A stretch of 64,000 nucleotides of DNA, from positions 100,752,001 to 100,816,000 of the forward strand of contig NC_058368.1 of assembly GCF_018350175.1 (NCBI RefSeq), in the 5' to 3' direction. The DNA is from Felis catus. Taxonomy: Eukaryota. Positions within the stretch are counted from its first letter, which is position 1. The number at the start of each line of letters is the position of its first letter. The notes under the pieces were generated by a model, which worked only from the letters and a program-made list of their open reading frames with translations, was not told the DNA's origin and did no database searches. A program made the translations under genes and the position numbers. Shown piece after piece: positions 63,653 through 64,000 of the stretch.

Positions 63653-63870
63653 GGGGCACCAGTGTGGCTCAGTCGGTTAAGCTTCTGACTTTGGCTCAGG
63701 TCATGATCTCACGGCTCATGGGTTCGGCTCATGGCTTCGGGACCCACGTCAGGCTCTATGCTGACAGCTCAGAGCCTGGAGTCTCCTTTGGATTTTGTCT
63801 CCCTCTCTTTCTGCTCCTCCCCCACTTGCATTCTGGCTCTCTCAAAAATAAACATTAGAAAAAAAATCTT
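63653..63870 (+). mobile_element. Can-SINE
   Basis: Full body; AAAATGTG flanks. Confidence 0.88.
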
Positions 63871-64000
63871 AAAAACATAAAATGTGTGTATTAAGATGAG
63901 CAAAGTAGATTATATACAATCAGTTTGAAGAATAAAATTCCATTTTATGTGATAGTACTTGGCAAATTATAAGAAAGCGAGTAGTGATTGTAGTATTAAA

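Noticed and set aside
1..64000. Novel prokaryote-style system (CRISPR array, operon, defence island)
   Set aside because: The sequence is mammalian; recurring ~200-bp units are dispersed SINEs with TSDs, not repeat-spacer arrays

Overview
Mammalian (carnivore, almost certainly felid) genomic DNA, not prokaryotic: it is dense with Can-SINE/SINEC_Fc tRNA-derived SINEs and carnivore-type L1 3' ends. The only protein-coding gene I can support is the 5' part of SNX2 (sorting nexin 2) on the + strand. It has a CpG-island promoter at ~23.4-24.2 kb and coding exons 1-7 (23599-58217; 722 nt, ~240 codons, all GT-AG and in frame), covering the acidic N-terminus and most of the PX domain; I did not find exon 8 onward in the window. 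The rest is intergenic or intronic sequence made of SINEs, L1, L2/MIR, MaLR/ERV LTRs, hAT DNA-transposon relics and microsatellites. Nearly all ORFs in the supplied track are spurious repeat translations. I found no evidence of a novel multi-gene system. The observations most worth following up are: (1) a near-perfect head-to-head pair of young SINEs 85 bp apart in intron 3; (2) an RFC1/CANVAS-like AAAAG/AAGGG/AAAGG compound repeat grown from a SINE tail in intron 1; (3) a tailless U2 snRNA retrocopy with a triplicated target site; (4) a sense-oriented solo LTR with TATA and polyA signal ~1.8 kb upstream of the SNX2 ATG; (5) a shifted internal Met and a NAGNAG acceptor in exon 3. Repeat family names are from recalled consensus sequences, and repeat boundaries are approximate unless TSDs are quoted.
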